Below, one piece after another: positions 62,418 to 64,000 of a stretch of 64,000 nucleotides of DNA; position 1 is the stretch's first letter, and each line of letters opens with the position of its first letter. Below the pieces are notes generated by a model that was not told the origin of the DNA, made no database searches, and saw only the letters and a program-made list of their open reading frames with translations. The DNA is taken from NCBI RefSeq assembly GCF_033153115.1, contig NW_026889755.1, forward strand, positions 558,001 through 622,000, read 5' to 3'. The stretch comes from Saccostrea echinata (taxonomy: Eukaryota). The translations under genes were made by a program, and so were the position numbers.

Positions 62418-63739
62418 TTGGAGGACTTGACAGTTTTAAAAACCCTTTTACTGCCGACCTTAAATCATATTTTTGCATCTCTCCCAAATCCCTCTGAAAT
62501 ACAAATAAAAGAATTAGAGAAGATTTTCTATACATTTGTAATGGGTAGTAATAATTCAAGACTGAAAAGGAAAATTTGCATAATGAATTATAAGGAAGGG
62601 GGCTTCAAGATGATCAGTGTAAGAGAGTTCATTATGTCCTTAAAACTAGTATGGATGAAAAAATTGTTACTACAGAACAATGGGTTGGATTCTTTTTTAG
62701 ATGTTGACATTAAAAAAGTTGTATACTGTGGGCAAGAGTATGTTGTCAAAAAAATGAATGATTTAAAAAATAAATTTTGGAGGGATGTGTTGCAAGCATG
62801 GTTAAACTTTAGTGAAAAATCCTTACAAAATGACACACTTCTTTCTTTAGAACCATTATTTCTAAACAAAAATTTAATTATTAATAAAAAACCATTTTTC
62901 TATAGAAGATGGTTTTCAGGTAATATTTCATGTATTAGTGACATACTTTATGAAGATGGGTCATTTATGAGTTTGAATGACCTGCACGCGAAATACGGGA
63001 TAAAAACACATTTTCTTGAATATAATGGCATTAAAGCAGCAATATTAGAATGGCTGAGAAAGATAAACAGAGATCCTTATAATTTATTAAAGGTAACTTA
63101 TCCATATATTCCAGAGAATGTTAATTCTCTACTGAATGCTAAAAAATCCCATGATTTCTATGAAATATTAATCAAACAAATAATTGAACCTTTGGGTAAA
63201 ATCTCTTGGAATAGAGTCTTTGACTTGAGCAATGGTGAATGGGAGAAAATCTTTTTACTCCCATTCAAAATTACAAAAAACACAAAACTTCAGTGGTTCC
63301 AATTTAGAATAAATCATAAAATACTAGCAACAAAGTCCTTCCTGCATAAAATTAAAAAAAATTGACAGTAATGTATGTACTCTTTGTAAAACAGAAACTG
63401 AAACAATTGAACACTTGTTGTGGGAATGTGAACATGTTCAGACTCTTTTAGAGAATTTTGCAGAGTACTGCTTTGATAGAATCCACTCTACTATAACCTT
63501 CTCAAAAAAGGAATTTTTACTAGGCTCTGTGAAGAAAACTGACAAGCTTAAAAATATTATTGCTCTACAAATCAAATATTACATTTATCTGTACAAATGT
63601 ACAAACAGAAACATTTCCTTAGGTGGGTTGATATCCTCTATTAAGACAATGTATGAATTACAAAAATATATATCTTATAAAAATAATGAAAGAAAATCTT
63701 TTGATGAAAGCTGGAGACTTTTGAATGACTTATTTTCAT

Positions 63740-63741
<2 letters not shown>
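62418..63741 (+). mobile_element. 5'-truncated L1/Tx1-clade LINE ORF2 C-terminal fragment with zf-RVT/CCHC knuckle
   Basis: Post-RT motifs (KEGGF, LKLVW, FWRDVLQAW, KLQWFQFRINHKILAT). A frameshift in the A run near 63355-63361 joins to CTLCKTETETIEHLLWEC and ORF 63415-63741. A (CT)n- and T-rich 3' region follows. Confidence 0.9.
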
Positions 63742-63776
<35 letters not shown>

Positions 63777-64000
63777 CCATCATAGCCGACTTGTGAGGAA
63801 TTGGACGAATGGAATATGTTGTGGGGAAAGTGCTTTCCTGTTATTTTTTTTATTTAAATAATGGGCAATTCTTGTAGAAAATACCTGTTTTGTTGTTGTC
63901 TCTCCTTTCTTATTTTAAAAATAACCTATCTGTCGTTTCAGTATGTAATCGAAAATTATGGGGAATGTTTTTTATCACTTATTTTTATGGGGAACGTCAA

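Overview
AT-rich, intron-containing animal genomic DNA, most likely an oyster-type bivalve (inferred from the repeat families and gene type), with two short N gaps. The core is a head-to-tail, plus-strand cluster of three paralogous single-pass receptor genes. Gene B (21992-41160, 11 coding exons, about 562 aa) and gene C (42113-47809, 10 coding exons, about 504 aa) splice together by eye, in frame and with GT-AG sites. Both encode signal peptide, a divergent F-type-lectin (fucolectin-like) domain, MEGF10/SREC-type EGF repeats, a TM helix and a tail with three evenly spaced Yxx(L/F) motifs (ITAM/ITIM-like). Only the 3' part of gene A (12750-20561) is visible; it has a polar TM helix and two candidate terminal exons that lack the ITAM-like pair. 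The rest is mostly mobile DNA: a disrupted near-full-length APE-RT LINE (1-4313), a 5'-truncated L1/Tx1 LINE (62418 onward), two tRNA-derived SINE families (seven copies, one nested), three non-autonomous Helentron-like elements, and Tc1/mariner-, Kolobok-, hAT-, CACTA- and Harbinger-like MITEs. Several palindromic elements of unrelated sequence share a c-GNA-g hairpin apex, suggesting a strand-specific ssDNA structure. Best leads: (1) a diversifying lectin-EGF-ITAM paired-receptor-like cluster and (2) the GNA-capped palindromic elements. All coordinates were read by eye and may be off by a few bases.
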